A stretch of DNA of 64,000 nucleotides from a virus. Of this stretch, positions 1 through 9,741 are shown one piece after another; within the stretch, counting starts at the first letter, position 1, and every line of letters begins with the position of its first letter. The notes beneath the pieces are model-generated. The model had not been told where the DNA came from. It saw nothing but the letters and a program-made list of their open reading frames with translations, and made no database searches. Location: the IMG/VR virus record IMGVR_UViG_3300030503_000315, positions 13,211 to 77,210 of that record; one strand, 5' to 3'. The translations under genes and the position numbers were made by a program.

Positions 1-6
1 AAGTGC

Positions 7-804
7 TTGGAAGAAGTGCAAGAAGTACGCTATGCACTCCAGCACATTAAGCCCCATCTTGAAACGGTAATCGATTTCCTTGCGTTGTCCAAGGAAGACG
101 TTAGTAAGGCTCGTGCCTCTGAAGGTCTTAATGACCAGATGAATGAAGTGCAGAATAAGCTCTCACGTCTGATGGCAAAGATTGAACTGCATCGTACCAT
201 TCGAGAGCAAGTTCATGACATGCGCACACGTCTTCTTGAGATGAAGAGAGAGTTGCGGGATGAACCAGCACTGAAGCATTTGGTTGCGGGGTATCAGGAT
301 AAGAATATCAAGAAGATGGCAGTCGAGGCTATCAGTCAACATCTGATGGAACTCGTTAATCGATACGCGCAACGTATCCTGCCAGAGAAATTCACGTTTG
401 AGTTCAGGTGGGATACACAGATTCGCATTCTAGTACATCGTCACTATGGAAAGAAGATAAAGACCTCTGATGTACGGAAATTGAGTGGCGCTGAATCAAC
501 TTTGTTCACTATCATCCTTGTGTGTGCCCTGCTAGCATTCGTTCCGTCAAGTAAGCGATGTAATCTGATGATCCTAGATGAACCGACGGCACGTTTCAGT
601 CCAGCTATGGAAGAAGTGTTCAAGGATCTTCTGCCTATCTTGAATCAGATCGTTCCATCCATTATTGTGATTACACCAAAGACTGAAATCTACCCCGGTG
701 CTCGCGCGTACACTGTGGTGAAAGATAACGGTGAAGCTGTGATCTTACCTGGCTACCCACACGAAGTTCAGGCCCAAACAAAAGTTGTGAGGAAAAAGAA
801 ATGA
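7..804 (+). CDS. SbcC/Rad50/T4 gp46-like recombination ATPase, C-terminal part (gene begins before the window)
   Basis: Coiled coil followed by ABC signature LSGAE and Walker B/D-loop LMILDEP. Confidence 0.85.
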   Translation: MEEVQEVRYALQHIKPHLETVIDFLALSKEDVSKARASEGLNDQMNEVQNKLSRLMAKIELHRTIREQVHDMRTRLLEMKRELRDEPALKHLVAGYQDKNIKKMAVEAISQHLMELVNRYAQRILPEKFTFEFRWDTQIRILVHRHYGKKIKTSDVRKLSGAESTLFTIILVCALLAFVPSSKRCNLMILDEPTARFSPAMEEVFKDLLPILNQIVPSIIVITPKTEIYPGARAYTVVKDNGEAVILPGYPHEVQAQTKVVRKKK

Positions 805-1574
805 AGGTCCTTGGTGCATTTGGAATTATTGATATGTCACCCGTCGAGTTGTCGGACGTGTTTCGTTCCCTCAACATCTCACATACCTGTGTTGCTCGAG
901 CTGGTCTTCGGTCCATCTCTTATACTATCGATGGCCTATGCAAGGAGCAACCCGCATGGCCTATCATTTTTGATTCCATTCGAAGTTTGAGCAAGATGGA
1001 ACATGCTTTGGCGGAACCACCGGCCCGTGCAATCGCGTTCATCACCGACTCGCGTGCTGCGCTGACCAACACAAACATAACTACCACGCTTTGGCCTGAG
1101 AATCGTAGAGGACCTTTTCCCCTTTGTCTCGCTACATGGTTGAAGAAAGTCAACAAAGACAATGAGAAGTGGACGCTGGAAATGCGTAATCCCTCCATCA
1201 TGGATTACGTTAACACTGCGGTGAAACCTTCTATCCTGAATGACATGCAGTCGGCCTTCTACAAGATTTCTAACTACACCGCACGGAAGGAAATCCAGAA
1301 ACTATGCATCGGTTGGTTGTCAGGAACAACTGCCTGGTCGAAGGTGGACAAAGCCTTGAAGTCTAACATCCGTTATGAGAAAGTGTACGAGCTAATCAAA
1401 TCTCCGCTGGCTGCAAGCTTGAAAGACGCCGTGAGGGATTTGAAAACAAGTGGCGATCACGCTGACATTGTAGCAAAACGAACTGGGTTTGCCTCATTTG
1501 AACTGCTGTATATCGTCCGATCCTCTGCCTCTTCTGATGAGAAGGATAGAGTAATCAAGGCTCAGGCGAAGTGA
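801..1574 (+). CDS. Hypothetical protein in the replication cluster
   Basis: 257-aa ORF with ATGA overlap to the upstream gene; no motif recognised. Confidence 0.6.
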   Translation: MKVLGAFGIIDMSPVELSDVFRSLNISHTCVARAGLRSISYTIDGLCKEQPAWPIIFDSIRSLSKMEHALAEPPARAIAFITDSRAALTNTNITTTLWPENRRGPFPLCLATWLKKVNKDNEKWTLEMRNPSIMDYVNTAVKPSILNDMQSAFYKISNYTARKEIQKLCIGWLSGTTAWSKVDKALKSNIRYEKVYELIKSPLAASLKDAVRDLKTSGDHADIVAKRTGFASFELLYIVRSSASSDEKDRVIKAQAK

Positions 1575-1581
1575 ATTTTAT
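1574..1581 (+). promoter_or_regulatory. Putative late promoter core AATTTTAT
   Basis: Same AATTT[GCT]AT octamer occurs upstream of 10 minus-strand virion genes; lies 35 nt before the ATG at 1617. Confidence 0.55.
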
Positions 1582-1616
1582 GGGTGCAACGCCACCCTTA
1601 TAGAGAGACCTAGTTC

Positions 1617-1994
1617 ATGGCATCATTCATCCGGTTGTACCTTGTTCCGTTCAACGATCAACAGCAAATCCTGGATGTGTCCAGCATGGCATTGATCCTA
1701 TCTGACGGGCAGTTTGTTCCAGTCCAGACCGCTCCGTCAGTAACGTTAGTTGGTATACCTGTTACTGAAGTCTTCACCCCGTTCGATTCAAGTCAACTGC
1801 CACAGACGCTTACCAATCAACAGACACAAGAGTTGCGCATTTGTTGGCGCGAGCCTGTTGACGTATCACAATATCCCGACACAGATGTAATCACAGCGAA
1901 CGATCCGTCAGGTGGAGTATGCCAGTGCGGTGTAACTTGCTTGGGGCCAAACATCTCGTACGTACAAGTTCAAAATGTAACTGTAGAGGTTTAA
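1617..1994 (+). CDS. Putative virion structural protein
   Basis: Rich in Q/T/V/P with no Lys, like the structural genes; preceded by the late motif. Confidence 0.5.
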   Translation: MASFIRLYLVPFNDQQQILDVSSMALILSDGQFVPVQTAPSVTLVGIPVTEVFTPFDSSQLPQTLTNQQTQELRICWREPVDVSQYPDTDVITANDPSGGVCQCGVTCLGPNISYVQVQNVTVEV

Positions 1995-1995
1995 C

Positions 1996-2856
1996 ATGTC
2001 TCAACTGATTTTCGGGCTCCCGTTAAACGAGCCTTCGAAGCAAACGATTCTTCCATTCATCACAGATAGTGGGCGCGTTTATGGATTTTTTCCCATAGCC
2101 GTAACGACGTTTGACGGCACAGAACAGACCTTCACCGTTGATGGCGGTAATCGTACCGTCAATCTTCAGACCGTAACTCTGCCGACCATCAACCAGTCGA
2201 ATCAGTATATGACTGGGCAGCGATTCGTTCAGCAATACATGGCTGCGTACTTCCCGTTGAATCAGGAAGGACTTCAACCTTGGCACACGTTTTCGTCCTT
2301 GGTGCAACCCGATCCACGCAAGCTCAAGATGTATAGCTGGTGGTCTATGCCTGGCGCGACTTTGGTTAATCACTTCTCGCGCGGTGTTTACCTCAATGCC
2401 TTGCAGTTCAATTTGTTTGCCTCGGTCCCTGTTGTTCCTCCTGCTATCACTCCTCCCGTGACTACACCTCAGACTTTGACGTGGGCAGCGACAATCAATT
2501 TGCAATCGCTCCAGCAAGAATGCTCCTTCATAGATTTCAACTGGGCCGAATTGTTTCAAACTTCGTATGCGAATGATCCTAATAACCTGCAAGGCAACAA
2601 CGTTCTGCCTATTGCAATTACGCAGATTACTAATCCTGCGGGAGGCTTCTTCAAGGCGGTGGTCTTGGGTGGGGCGATGGGATCAAATCAGGTTGTGATC
2701 CCGGGCGGTGGCGTTGTCTATAATACGGTACGTATCATTCGTCTTCAAGATCCTCCTGCTGGAACGTACACCTTCACATTCCAAATCTCTTACACTAATG
2801 GTGGCATTCAAGCAACGACTCCAGTTACAGCAACTCTGAATCTCATCGTTAGCTAA
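1996..2856 (+). CDS. Putative virion structural protein (beta-rich, Ig-like C-terminus)
   Basis: Rich in T/Q/N/P; C-terminal PAGTYTFTFQISY...VTATLNLIV beta-sandwich pattern. Confidence 0.5.
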   Translation: MSQLIFGLPLNEPSKQTILPFITDSGRVYGFFPIAVTTFDGTEQTFTVDGGNRTVNLQTVTLPTINQSNQYMTGQRFVQQYMAAYFPLNQEGLQPWHTFSSLVQPDPRKLKMYSWWSMPGATLVNHFSRGVYLNALQFNLFASVPVVPPAITPPVTTPQTLTWAATINLQSLQQECSFIDFNWAELFQTSYANDPNNLQGNNVLPIAITQITNPAGGFFKAVVLGGAMGSNQVVIPGGGVVYNTVRIIRLQDPPAGTYTFTFQISYTNGGIQATTPVTATLNLIVS

Positions 2857-2864
2857 ATCTTTAC

Positions 2865-2873
2865 CAGTAAATA
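2865..2873 (+). promoter_or_regulatory. Putative middle/replication promoter CAGTAAATA
   Basis: About 30 nt before the clamp-gene ATG; same motif at similar distance before dnaB and two other genes. Confidence 0.5.
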
Positions 2874-2902
2874 AGAACGTTAACCCTTCCTAAAAGACGA
2901 CC

Positions 2903-4009
2903 ATGAAGTGTAAGATTGAATCACTTTTCATCCAAGAAGCTCTCAAGGTGGCGCTGCGTCTGGCGCCACCTTTAACAGAGAACGTCAATATCTCTGTTGA
3001 TGGTAATAAGATGCATCTGATCTCGGCATCTGAATTAGCCAAATGTACGATCGTAATTCCTGGGGAAGTAGAAGGCTCCGCTATGTTCGGAGTCTCTGTG
3101 CAAGCTCTTCAGGATTCCGTTAAGGGTCGCACGGAAGTCGAACTCACATTTGACAAGTCGATGCTTATCGTTAAGTCTGGTCGATACGTGGCTAAGCTTG
3201 CGACTGTTGATGCGATTCAGGGCGAGAGTCAAGAGACAACAAAGAAGTCGGCTGACAATGAAGTTAAAGAAGCCGAACAAAAATGGAAGCTTACGGCCGA
3301 ACAAGCTGCATGGTTGAAGCAAGCTGTAACTCAGGTCGCTCTGAAGCCAAGCTCAGTGACGACTACATTCATGCCCATCTCTGTCTCTTTGACGGATAAG
3401 GCGGCGTTCGTGTCTTGCTATGACATGAACCATATGGCATTCATCAAGTCCAAGGATGTGAAGGGGGACTTGAGCTTAACTTTGCCAGTCGAAACAATCA
3501 ATGCGGTGCTCGAAGTATTCAATAAGACAGCTTTTAGTCTTACGGTAGGTAACGCAGCAATGCGTATTCGAAATAAGGTTGTAGATGCAATTCTATCTTT
3601 GCCAGATACTGATTCTGAGGAAGTCATCTCCGTCAAGGACGTAATGGCAAAGTCCAGAGAAGCGATGACAACTGATGGTTTGTTTATAGATGTAGCGACG
3701 TCTGAAGTTCGACAATTCCTAGACAACGCACGAGCAGTCATCGCTAAGGAACGTTCAGAACTTCAACTAACAGGTGAGGCCGGTAAGTTGACACTGAGTG
3801 TTCAGACGACTAATGGTCAGGTGAAGTCTACCGTCAAGGCAAAGGTACCGAAAGCTTTCAAGTTCAATATCGACGCAGAGTACTTCTCTGAAGCAGTCTC
3901 CAAATGTCAGGTCGATCTTCTGAAGCTCAAGTTGGTTGATGGTGCATTCCTCATGATTGAAGCAAAGGAAAGTCACTTCGTGATTGCCTTGAATCAAGAG
4001 GAGGCGTGA
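2903..4009 (+). CDS. DNA polymerase sliding clamp, beta-subunit (DnaN)-like
   Basis: 368 aa (DnaN size), three repeated alpha/beta domains, C-terminal FNIDAEYFSEAV resembling the beta-clamp FNxxYL motif; replication context. Confidence 0.65.
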   Translation: MKCKIESLFIQEALKVALRLAPPLTENVNISVDGNKMHLISASELAKCTIVIPGEVEGSAMFGVSVQALQDSVKGRTEVELTFDKSMLIVKSGRYVAKLATVDAIQGESQETTKKSADNEVKEAEQKWKLTAEQAAWLKQAVTQVALKPSSVTTTFMPISVSLTDKAAFVSCYDMNHMAFIKSKDVKGDLSLTLPVETINAVLEVFNKTAFSLTVGNAAMRIRNKVVDAILSLPDTDSEEVISVKDVMAKSREAMTTDGLFIDVATSEVRQFLDNARAVIAKERSELQLTGEAGKLTLSVQTTNGQVKSTVKAKVPKAFKFNIDAEYFSEAVSKCQVDLLKLKLVDGAFLMIEAKESHFVIALNQEEA

Positions 4010-4380
4010 TGTATCTGGCGATAGATGCGACCGCGGGTACGTTCTACTCGTTAGATCATGGTTATGCCGTCTTTACATCCATTCAGAAGCGAGGTGAGTT
4101 GACAAGAGGACCAGAGATACCCTTGAAATGTATGTTTCAAGGGTTTGAACTCTTGTCCGGGCAACGCAAGGTCGGTTACTTCTTCGAGTCTACTTTCAAG
4201 AGTAAGAATCACGGTGGATATATCGTTGCCCAGTTAACGAACAAAGGCCCAGCTGAATCTGTAGAAGTGCTACTGAAGATCAAGGACCTATTAGTTTGTT
4301 ATCACTATCCCAATCGTGGTACCTTGATTATTAGTCCTACTATCAGCCCTGAAGTTGATGTCATCTTCTCGGAGCAATAA
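4006..4380 (+). CDS. Hypothetical protein
   Basis: Translationally coupled ORF with GAGG Shine-Dalgarno. Confidence 0.55.
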   Translation: MMYLAIDATAGTFYSLDHGYAVFTSIQKRGELTRGPEIPLKCMFQGFELLSGQRKVGYFFESTFKSKNHGGYIVAQLTNKGPAESVEVLLKIKDLLVCYHYPNRGTLIISPTISPEVDVIFSEQ

Positions 4381-4382
4381 GT

Positions 4383-4940
4383 ATGCCAGCCCGAAAATCA
4401 GAGGAAGAAGTTGACCTCCCAGCATTATTGAGTGCTATACGTCGCGACGGGAAGTACAAGATCTTCAAGAAGATTGTGGAGACCGCCGAGACGCGCATGA
4501 CGATTGAGAACGACAGAAAGGAAGTGTTCTCTCTACATGCATCCCGCACTGCACGCAAGCTTTACACCCAGAAGAAGTACAATCCTTCGTCCATCATGGA
4601 TGCATCGGCTAACGATATGCAAGCCCGCTCTCGTATCGTGGAGATCCGCATGAAGGCTTCGCATCATATAGAGACTGTTGAGAAGGCGATGGAAGCAATC
4701 CAGGATCACGTCATCACCGAGTATCATGGTGAGATGCGTGCGTACTCAAATGAAGCACAACGCAAAGCTTTGGTCCGTCGTGTTCAGAAAGTGGCGCAAA
4801 CGCTTATCACGGATGGTCGGGAACTTCTCAATCTATGTGATACAGTGGTAAAGGACATCGATGCTGCATCTTATCACCTGTCTAGCATGCGCGATCTTGT
4901 TCAGCATCTTGCAGAACACAGAGGCGCTCGCGTGATCTAA
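4383..4940 (+). CDS. All-helical protein, possibly a UvsY-like recombination mediator
   Basis: Coiled-coil pattern; upstream of the UvsW-like helicase; function inferred from context only. Confidence 0.35.
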   Translation: MPARKSEEEVDLPALLSAIRRDGKYKIFKKIVETAETRMTIENDRKEVFSLHASRTARKLYTQKKYNPSSIMDASANDMQARSRIVEIRMKASHHIETVEKAMEAIQDHVITEYHGEMRAYSNEAQRKALVRRVQKVAQTLITDGRELLNLCDTVVKDIDAASYHLSSMRDLVQHLAEHRGARVI

Positions 4941-4950
4941 GGAGAAGAAC

Positions 4951-5301
4951 ATGCCTAGCATTGCAGATGTCGTGGATCCTTTCAGGCTGTGCCCTGATCC
5001 AGATAAGAAGGTTAGGGAAAGGCAAGAATATGAGGACAGGTTACAAGAGATTACAGAACTCATTGCCAACCTACGTTTAAAGAAGAATGTATTCACTGCG
5101 CAGGCTAATAGGGTTGGAGAAGATATCGCAACGCAAGAACTGCATCTTAGGTCTATCTGCAAACACGAAAATCTTAAGACTGAGTCGATGTACTACGAAG
5201 GAAGCTACCTGGATACCGCGTACACCAAACGTCGGAACGTATGCACCGTATGTGGGGAAGCAAGTGAGTGGTCTAAAGAGAACCATGGTTGGTATGGTTA
5301 A
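4951..5301 (+). CDS. Hypothetical protein with coiled coil and CxH..CxxC zinc-binding motif
   Basis: CKHE...CTVCG; AAGGAG SD. Confidence 0.6.
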   Translation: MPSIADVVDPFRLCPDPDKKVRERQEYEDRLQEITELIANLRLKKNVFTAQANRVGEDIATQELHLRSICKHENLKTESMYYEGSYLDTAYTKRRNVCTVCGEASEWSKENHGWYG

Positions 5302-5310
5302 GGAAATATC

Positions 5311-5739
5311 ATGTTAAGAGAATTTTTCGCAACGTTTAAAGAGTTCAATGATCCTGAGTTGGTTAAGCTTTGGACTCTGCATGATGAAGTACCGGGCATC
5401 GAACAATTGATGTTTGAAGGTAATGCCTCCTGTCTGACAGAACGATCTGGTCCTAGCTTTTCTCTAGTAATTGCATCGCAGTTGGACTCAAAGATATTCG
5501 ATCATACACGTTACCTTATCCAATATCTTTGGTCATATTGGAATGAGGAAGTGGACAGCGGAGATCTTCGTATCGACCTATACGGCTTTGGATATCAGGC
5601 AATCATCCCGCTGGAGCCTCTCTATCCAATCAAGAAAATCTACTCGATTGGAACGATTGAAAGCGTGGATCGCTTCAACAACTCCAAAGAGAAAGAGATC
5701 AGAAACCTAAGGGCTATCGTATTCAAGGCTAGGGAATGA
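5311..5739 (+). CDS. Hypothetical protein
   Basis: In-line ORF with AAGGA SD. Confidence 0.55.
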   Translation: MLREFFATFKEFNDPELVKLWTLHDEVPGIEQLMFEGNASCLTERSGPSFSLVIASQLDSKIFDHTRYLIQYLWSYWNEEVDSGDLRIDLYGFGYQAIIPLEPLYPIKKIYSIGTIESVDRFNNSKEKEIRNLRAIVFKARE

Positions 5740-6209
5740 CAATGACTTACGCAACACTAAGTGGCTTCCCCGCTATGAAGTCCCTCCCAGAAAGTTACAT
5801 GGCTCTTATGTGTGTCACTACAACACCTCGAGTTGTATGCACGTTAAAGAGAAATAGTCTAAGCGCTACTTCACCTGATATCCTCTATCTTCATGGTGGA
5901 GATAAAATCGATATAGAGGACATGACAGCAACTCTAAGATTTGTCGTTGCCTTGGTCAAACATGGTGGATCGATACAACTTGTAAATACTGATGCACTGA
6001 CATTCGCGATTGCACTTCAGGTTTCTATGAAGAGCACCAACACTGAACTTCAGGAACTAATTGCCAAGTTGCGAATCACAATGATCGCAGAAGCTCAGAC
6101 TGGGACAGGCGTAAACAAGACTATGTTTGACAAGGCTATGATTAAGACGTTCCACCCGGTAAGTTTGGCGAACGCTACAAGCATAACGATAACCCTTACC
6201 CAATTCTGA
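5736..6209 (+). CDS. Hypothetical protein
   Basis: ATGA overlap with the previous ORF. Confidence 0.55.
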   Translation: MTMTYATLSGFPAMKSLPESYMALMCVTTTPRVVCTLKRNSLSATSPDILYLHGGDKIDIEDMTATLRFVVALVKHGGSIQLVNTDALTFAIALQVSMKSTNTELQELIAKLRITMIAEAQTGTGVNKTMFDKAMIKTFHPVSLANATSITITLTQF

Positions 6210-6210
6210 C

Positions 6211-6366
6211 ATGGCAAAGAAACGAACCAGGTGGTCCTTAGACAAGATCAAAGAGTTTCGTAAGTGGCATGAAGATCGTCTTAAGGAATTGAACTATCCA
6301 GAAGAGATAGTTAGAGAGCTAAGACGGACTAGAGAGAAATGGATGCCGGCAGCGCAGGACGAATAG
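6211..6366 (+). CDS. Small hypothetical protein (51 aa, MAKKRTRWSLDK...), absent from the ORF track
   Basis: Fills the gap between the flanking genes; ATG at 6211 to TAG at 6366. Confidence 0.5.
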   Translation: MAKKRTRWSLDKIKEFRKWHEDRLKELNYPEEIVRELRRTREKWMPAAQDE

Positions 6367-6373
6367 GAATTAT

Positions 6374-7903
6374 ATGGTCACAGTTCATTGCAGAGAATCA
6401 TTTCTGATGAAGAAGGTGGACCTTCCCAGGAAAGTCAGGGAAGAACTAACAAGAATACACACCCATTTTTTCTTTGACGAGAAAGATTGTGACTCCTGTG
6501 ACTTTAAGCCAGAGCGTTTGGAATCAGAGACGAAACTAACACCTGCATGCGAGGAATGCCCGGGATTCAAAGGTGGGGCAATCCTGGCACAGAATGAGAA
6601 GATTGGCAAGACCACGTACTTCAAGGTCCCGATTGGTGCAGGTGTAAATCTCAAGGCAACGCTAAACAAACACGACATAGAGTACAAGGTCAAGCGTCTT
6701 CATCCGAAAGAGAAGATGAAGAGACCAATAAAGTTCACTGGTGAGCTTAGGGGTAAGCATCAACCTGAAGCAGTAGAAGCATTCATTAGAAAGAAACGTG
6801 GCGTCATTCGAAGCCCACCCCGTTCGGGCAAGACAGTTTTGAGTACCGCAGCAATCTGCAAGCTTGGTCTCAAAACTATCATCATGGCCTCACAGAAAGA
6901 ATGGCTTGATGGTTTCCTTGAGACATTCATTGGCTCGGAGACACAAGACCCGTTAACTAATTGCAGGCGTAGTCAAATCGGCTACGCGCGTACGTGGGAA
7001 GATTTCCAGAAGTATGACGTGTGTCTTGTAACTGTCCAGACTTTCAGGACTAAACCAAGACTGCTGAGAAAGATTCGAGACCTGGCAGCTGTCCTGGTTG
7101 TTGATGAAGTTCATACGTCCGCAGCCCCAGAATACTCTAAGGTGATCAACAGCCTTAACTGTCAGTACATGATTGGTCTGTCTGGTACTCCGGAACGTAA
7201 AGATGGTCGTCACTCTATCATGCGGGATCTGATAGGGCAGGACATCTACGTTGCGAAGGTAAAGCAGCTCAGGCCAAAGATAGTGTTGACCAAGACTGAG
7301 TACACACGCAAGGCAAAAGGATCTCAGCTTTGGGTTCCTATGGTTTCGAACCTTGAGAAGGACCCGAAGAGATTGAAGTTAATCGCTCAGACCGCGCTAA
7401 AGGATGTCAAGGCTGGCCACATGATCCTTATCCCATTCGCGCAGATTACTCCTATCAAGGCTCTGGTTAAGGCAATCAATATCATGGCAGGCAGGGAGAT
7501 TGCTAAACCATTCTACGGTGGTCTTAAGAAGGATGATCGTAAGAAGTTCCTTCAGGAGGCACGCCAGTACAAAGTAAAGATTCTGGTAGGCAACATCAAA
7601 CTCCTGTCGACTGGGACGAATATTCCACGAGCCTCAGCTATCTATGAAGTAACGATGTCGAGTAACATCCCAAATGCGACGCAAAGATTTGCCCGTATTC
7701 TTACCCCATACGAGGACAAGCCACAACCTATAATTCGTTACTTCCTTGATGATTCGAATGTTAGGATGAAGTGTATGCGAACAGAGTTCTGGCAAGCCCT
7801 GCAAAAGATATTCAAACCTATTATCTCTGACCAGGATATGGATACGATCAAGAAGTATTTCTCAGGTCGTACAGAATCAATCCATGGCAAGATTCAAATG
7901 TAA
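6374..7903 (+). CDS. SF2 DExH helicase, UvsW-like, with N-terminal Cys4 zinc motif
   Basis: Walker A SPPRSGKT, motif II VDEVH, motif III LSGT, motif V LSTGTNIP, motif VI QRFARIL; CDSC...CEEC. Confidence 0.85.
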   Translation: MVTVHCRESFLMKKVDLPRKVREELTRIHTHFFFDEKDCDSCDFKPERLESETKLTPACEECPGFKGGAILAQNEKIGKTTYFKVPIGAGVNLKATLNKHDIEYKVKRLHPKEKMKRPIKFTGELRGKHQPEAVEAFIRKKRGVIRSPPRSGKTVLSTAAICKLGLKTIIMASQKEWLDGFLETFIGSETQDPLTNCRRSQIGYARTWEDFQKYDVCLVTVQTFRTKPRLLRKIRDLAAVLVVDEVHTSAAPEYSKVINSLNCQYMIGLSGTPERKDGRHSIMRDLIGQDIYVAKVKQLRPKIVLTKTEYTRKAKGSQLWVPMVSNLEKDPKRLKLIAQTALKDVKAGHMILIPFAQITPIKALVKAINIMAGREIAKPFYGGLKKDDRKKFLQEARQYKVKILVGNIKLLSTGTNIPRASAIYEVTMSSNIPNATQRFARILTPYEDKPQPIIRYFLDDSNVRMKCMRTEFWQALQKIFKPIISDQDMDTIKKYFSGRTESIHGKIQM

Positions 7904-7913
7904 AGGATGAACA

Positions 7914-8699
7914 GTGATACTACCTTCCGAAATAAACGTGGTGACAGAATTTCCCAAAGCAGCCGCTGAAGATGGAACACTGAACTACTACATCCCAGAA
8001 CTCCTTCAGTTAGATCCGGTCGATGGGGACCTGAAGAAGGTGGTTGACTATAAACGGCTCATCCATGACTGGCTTGTTCACACTGCGGAGCAAGGATCGA
8101 TTAGTTATGCTGGGATGAAGAGTCAGTACTTTTCGAGCCAGTTCGTGATGAACGCCCGGCACTACACTACTGAAGCAGACCGTGATCGTCTCTATGACCT
8201 CGGATACAACCCAATTATCAACCAACCTCATTGCGGGATAGTGATTTGGGGAAATTATATAGCGGGTGTAAGGGATACTTTGCCAGACATGGTATTGACC
8301 GTGGAAGTGTTGATAGATCTCGATGTAGCCCTAAAGAAGGCATATTGTTACTATCACCCATACCACGATAGAAATGCTTTCCTAGATTGTACATGTGCAG
8401 AAATTGCACAATACCTTAGGGACTTAGAGTCGAGAAGATATCTCAGTCGCTGGATGTGGATGACAAAGAGTACAGATTATGTAAGTGTAGATTTCATAAC
8501 CACCCCAGGCACTGAGTGGGTGGGATTGACCGCGGGCTATGACGAAGGATACAATTGGTATCTGGGCAAAACCTTGTCTGAGAGAATGTTGTCCTTAATA
8601 AAGTTATACCCGAGGTTGTTCGTTCCCAAAGACGATCGCTCTGTGATGTTTGGGGACCGAACGCTACATCTCGATGGAGTTAGTATATGCTTGCGGTAA
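7914..8699 (+). CDS. Divergent stand-alone tail-sheath C-terminal-domain-like protein
   Basis: DRDRLYDLGYNPII...GIVIWGN matches the T4 gp18-type C-terminal motif and the window's own sheath (EMDNLFDAQVNY...GIALW). Confidence 0.55.
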   Translation: MILPSEINVVTEFPKAAAEDGTLNYYIPELLQLDPVDGDLKKVVDYKRLIHDWLVHTAEQGSISYAGMKSQYFSSQFVMNARHYTTEADRDRLYDLGYNPIINQPHCGIVIWGNYIAGVRDTLPDMVLTVEVLIDLDVALKKAYCYYHPYHDRNAFLDCTCAEIAQYLRDLESRRYLSRWMWMTKSTDYVSVDFITTPGTEWVGLTAGYDEGYNWYLGKTLSERMLSLIKLYPRLFVPKDDRSVMFGDRTLHLDGVSICLR

Positions 8700-9400
8700 A
8701 AGGTGGTGGGCAAGGACGTACAGGATACTCTCGTAATAAGGGAATGAAACCTCCAGTAAGCACAAGAGAAGCTCTGGCATCAAAAGAGAATGAGGATGGT
8801 AATGATTTACCTAGACGTATTGCTGTTAAGCGCACTCCTCATCTTGATATCGTTCCCGGTAATACCTGGGCCTGCGCGCCGTTCAAGTGGGACCCGCAAC
8901 CCTTCGCACTCGAGTCGGAGAAGTTGGACCAAACGAAGATCATAGATCCTCAAGCTCAGGATGACTCGCTATTGAGTTTTATGAAAAATCCTGAGCTTCC
9001 AGTCATCTATGGAGTGTGTGGAAATCCCAATGAGGTCAAGGCTAGATTATTCGCCGCATATCTTGTCAGCCTTCATTGCCGTCACCTGGGGAACAGGGCT
9101 AAGCCTATTTGGAATGTACAGTATGGTGGATATGAAAACAAACTGTTGAAGGATTACTCGGGGATCGATTCATCCTATGAACCCTCGATCCTCATCCTGT
9201 CGAATTTGGCTATCAACAGCACACAGCAGAAGTTTGAGAAGGCTAGAGATTTGATCGAACGATTCTCTTCTATACCACGCATCCTTGTTGCAGCTGGGGA
9301 GGATCCTATCTCATTCCTGTCTAGTCGATTGTACGTAGAGTGCAATGCGTTGGCGTACTTCTCTGAGTCGTTGGTCCGTCGCAAAGTGGAAATTCTATGA
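8687..9400 (+). CDS. Degenerate AAA+-like protein, possible DnaC/IstB-type helicase loader
   Basis: Walker-B-like PSILILSNL and a sensor-like strand; no intact Walker A; near dnaB. Confidence 0.35.
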   Translation: MLAVKGGGQGRTGYSRNKGMKPPVSTREALASKENEDGNDLPRRIAVKRTPHLDIVPGNTWACAPFKWDPQPFALESEKLDQTKIIDPQAQDDSLLSFMKNPELPVIYGVCGNPNEVKARLFAAYLVSLHCRHLGNRAKPIWNVQYGGYENKLLKDYSGIDSSYEPSILILSNLAINSTQQKFEKARDLIERFSSIPRILVAAGEDPISFLSSRLYVECNALAYFSESLVRRKVEIL

Positions 9401-9741
9401 GACCAAAGATAAAGATAACTAGTTCCATATCGAGAAAGACATTCCAGCAAGTGCTAGAGGAACAGTTAAAGAAAGAATTCCATGCCAGAGCGTTATTGCT
9501 TTTGCAGCAAGGGAGAATGCTTGATCCTACGTTCCTAGTTGACCTTAGAGATCATCTTGAAGAATGGTGTACGCATGTGTATGTGCCCAGGAATAACCAT
9601 GAGATCTTTACGCGCATCTGGGTATACTGTGATACTGCGAACAACCCAGTTTACACACTTTTGGCCTCGCAGATAAATGCGACTGTGATAGTTGAACTGT
9701 CAACCGGCGAAGAAATTACAATGGATCTTCAGATAGTATGA
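9397..9741 (+). CDS. Small sheath C-terminal-like protein, paralog 1
   Basis: IWVYCDTANN...INATVIV compared with the gp18-type F.V.CD.TNN motif. Confidence 0.5.
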   Translation: MRPKIKITSSISRKTFQQVLEEQLKKEFHARALLLLQQGRMLDPTFLVDLRDHLEEWCTHVYVPRNNHEIFTRIWVYCDTANNPVYTLLASQINATVIVELSTGEEITMDLQIV

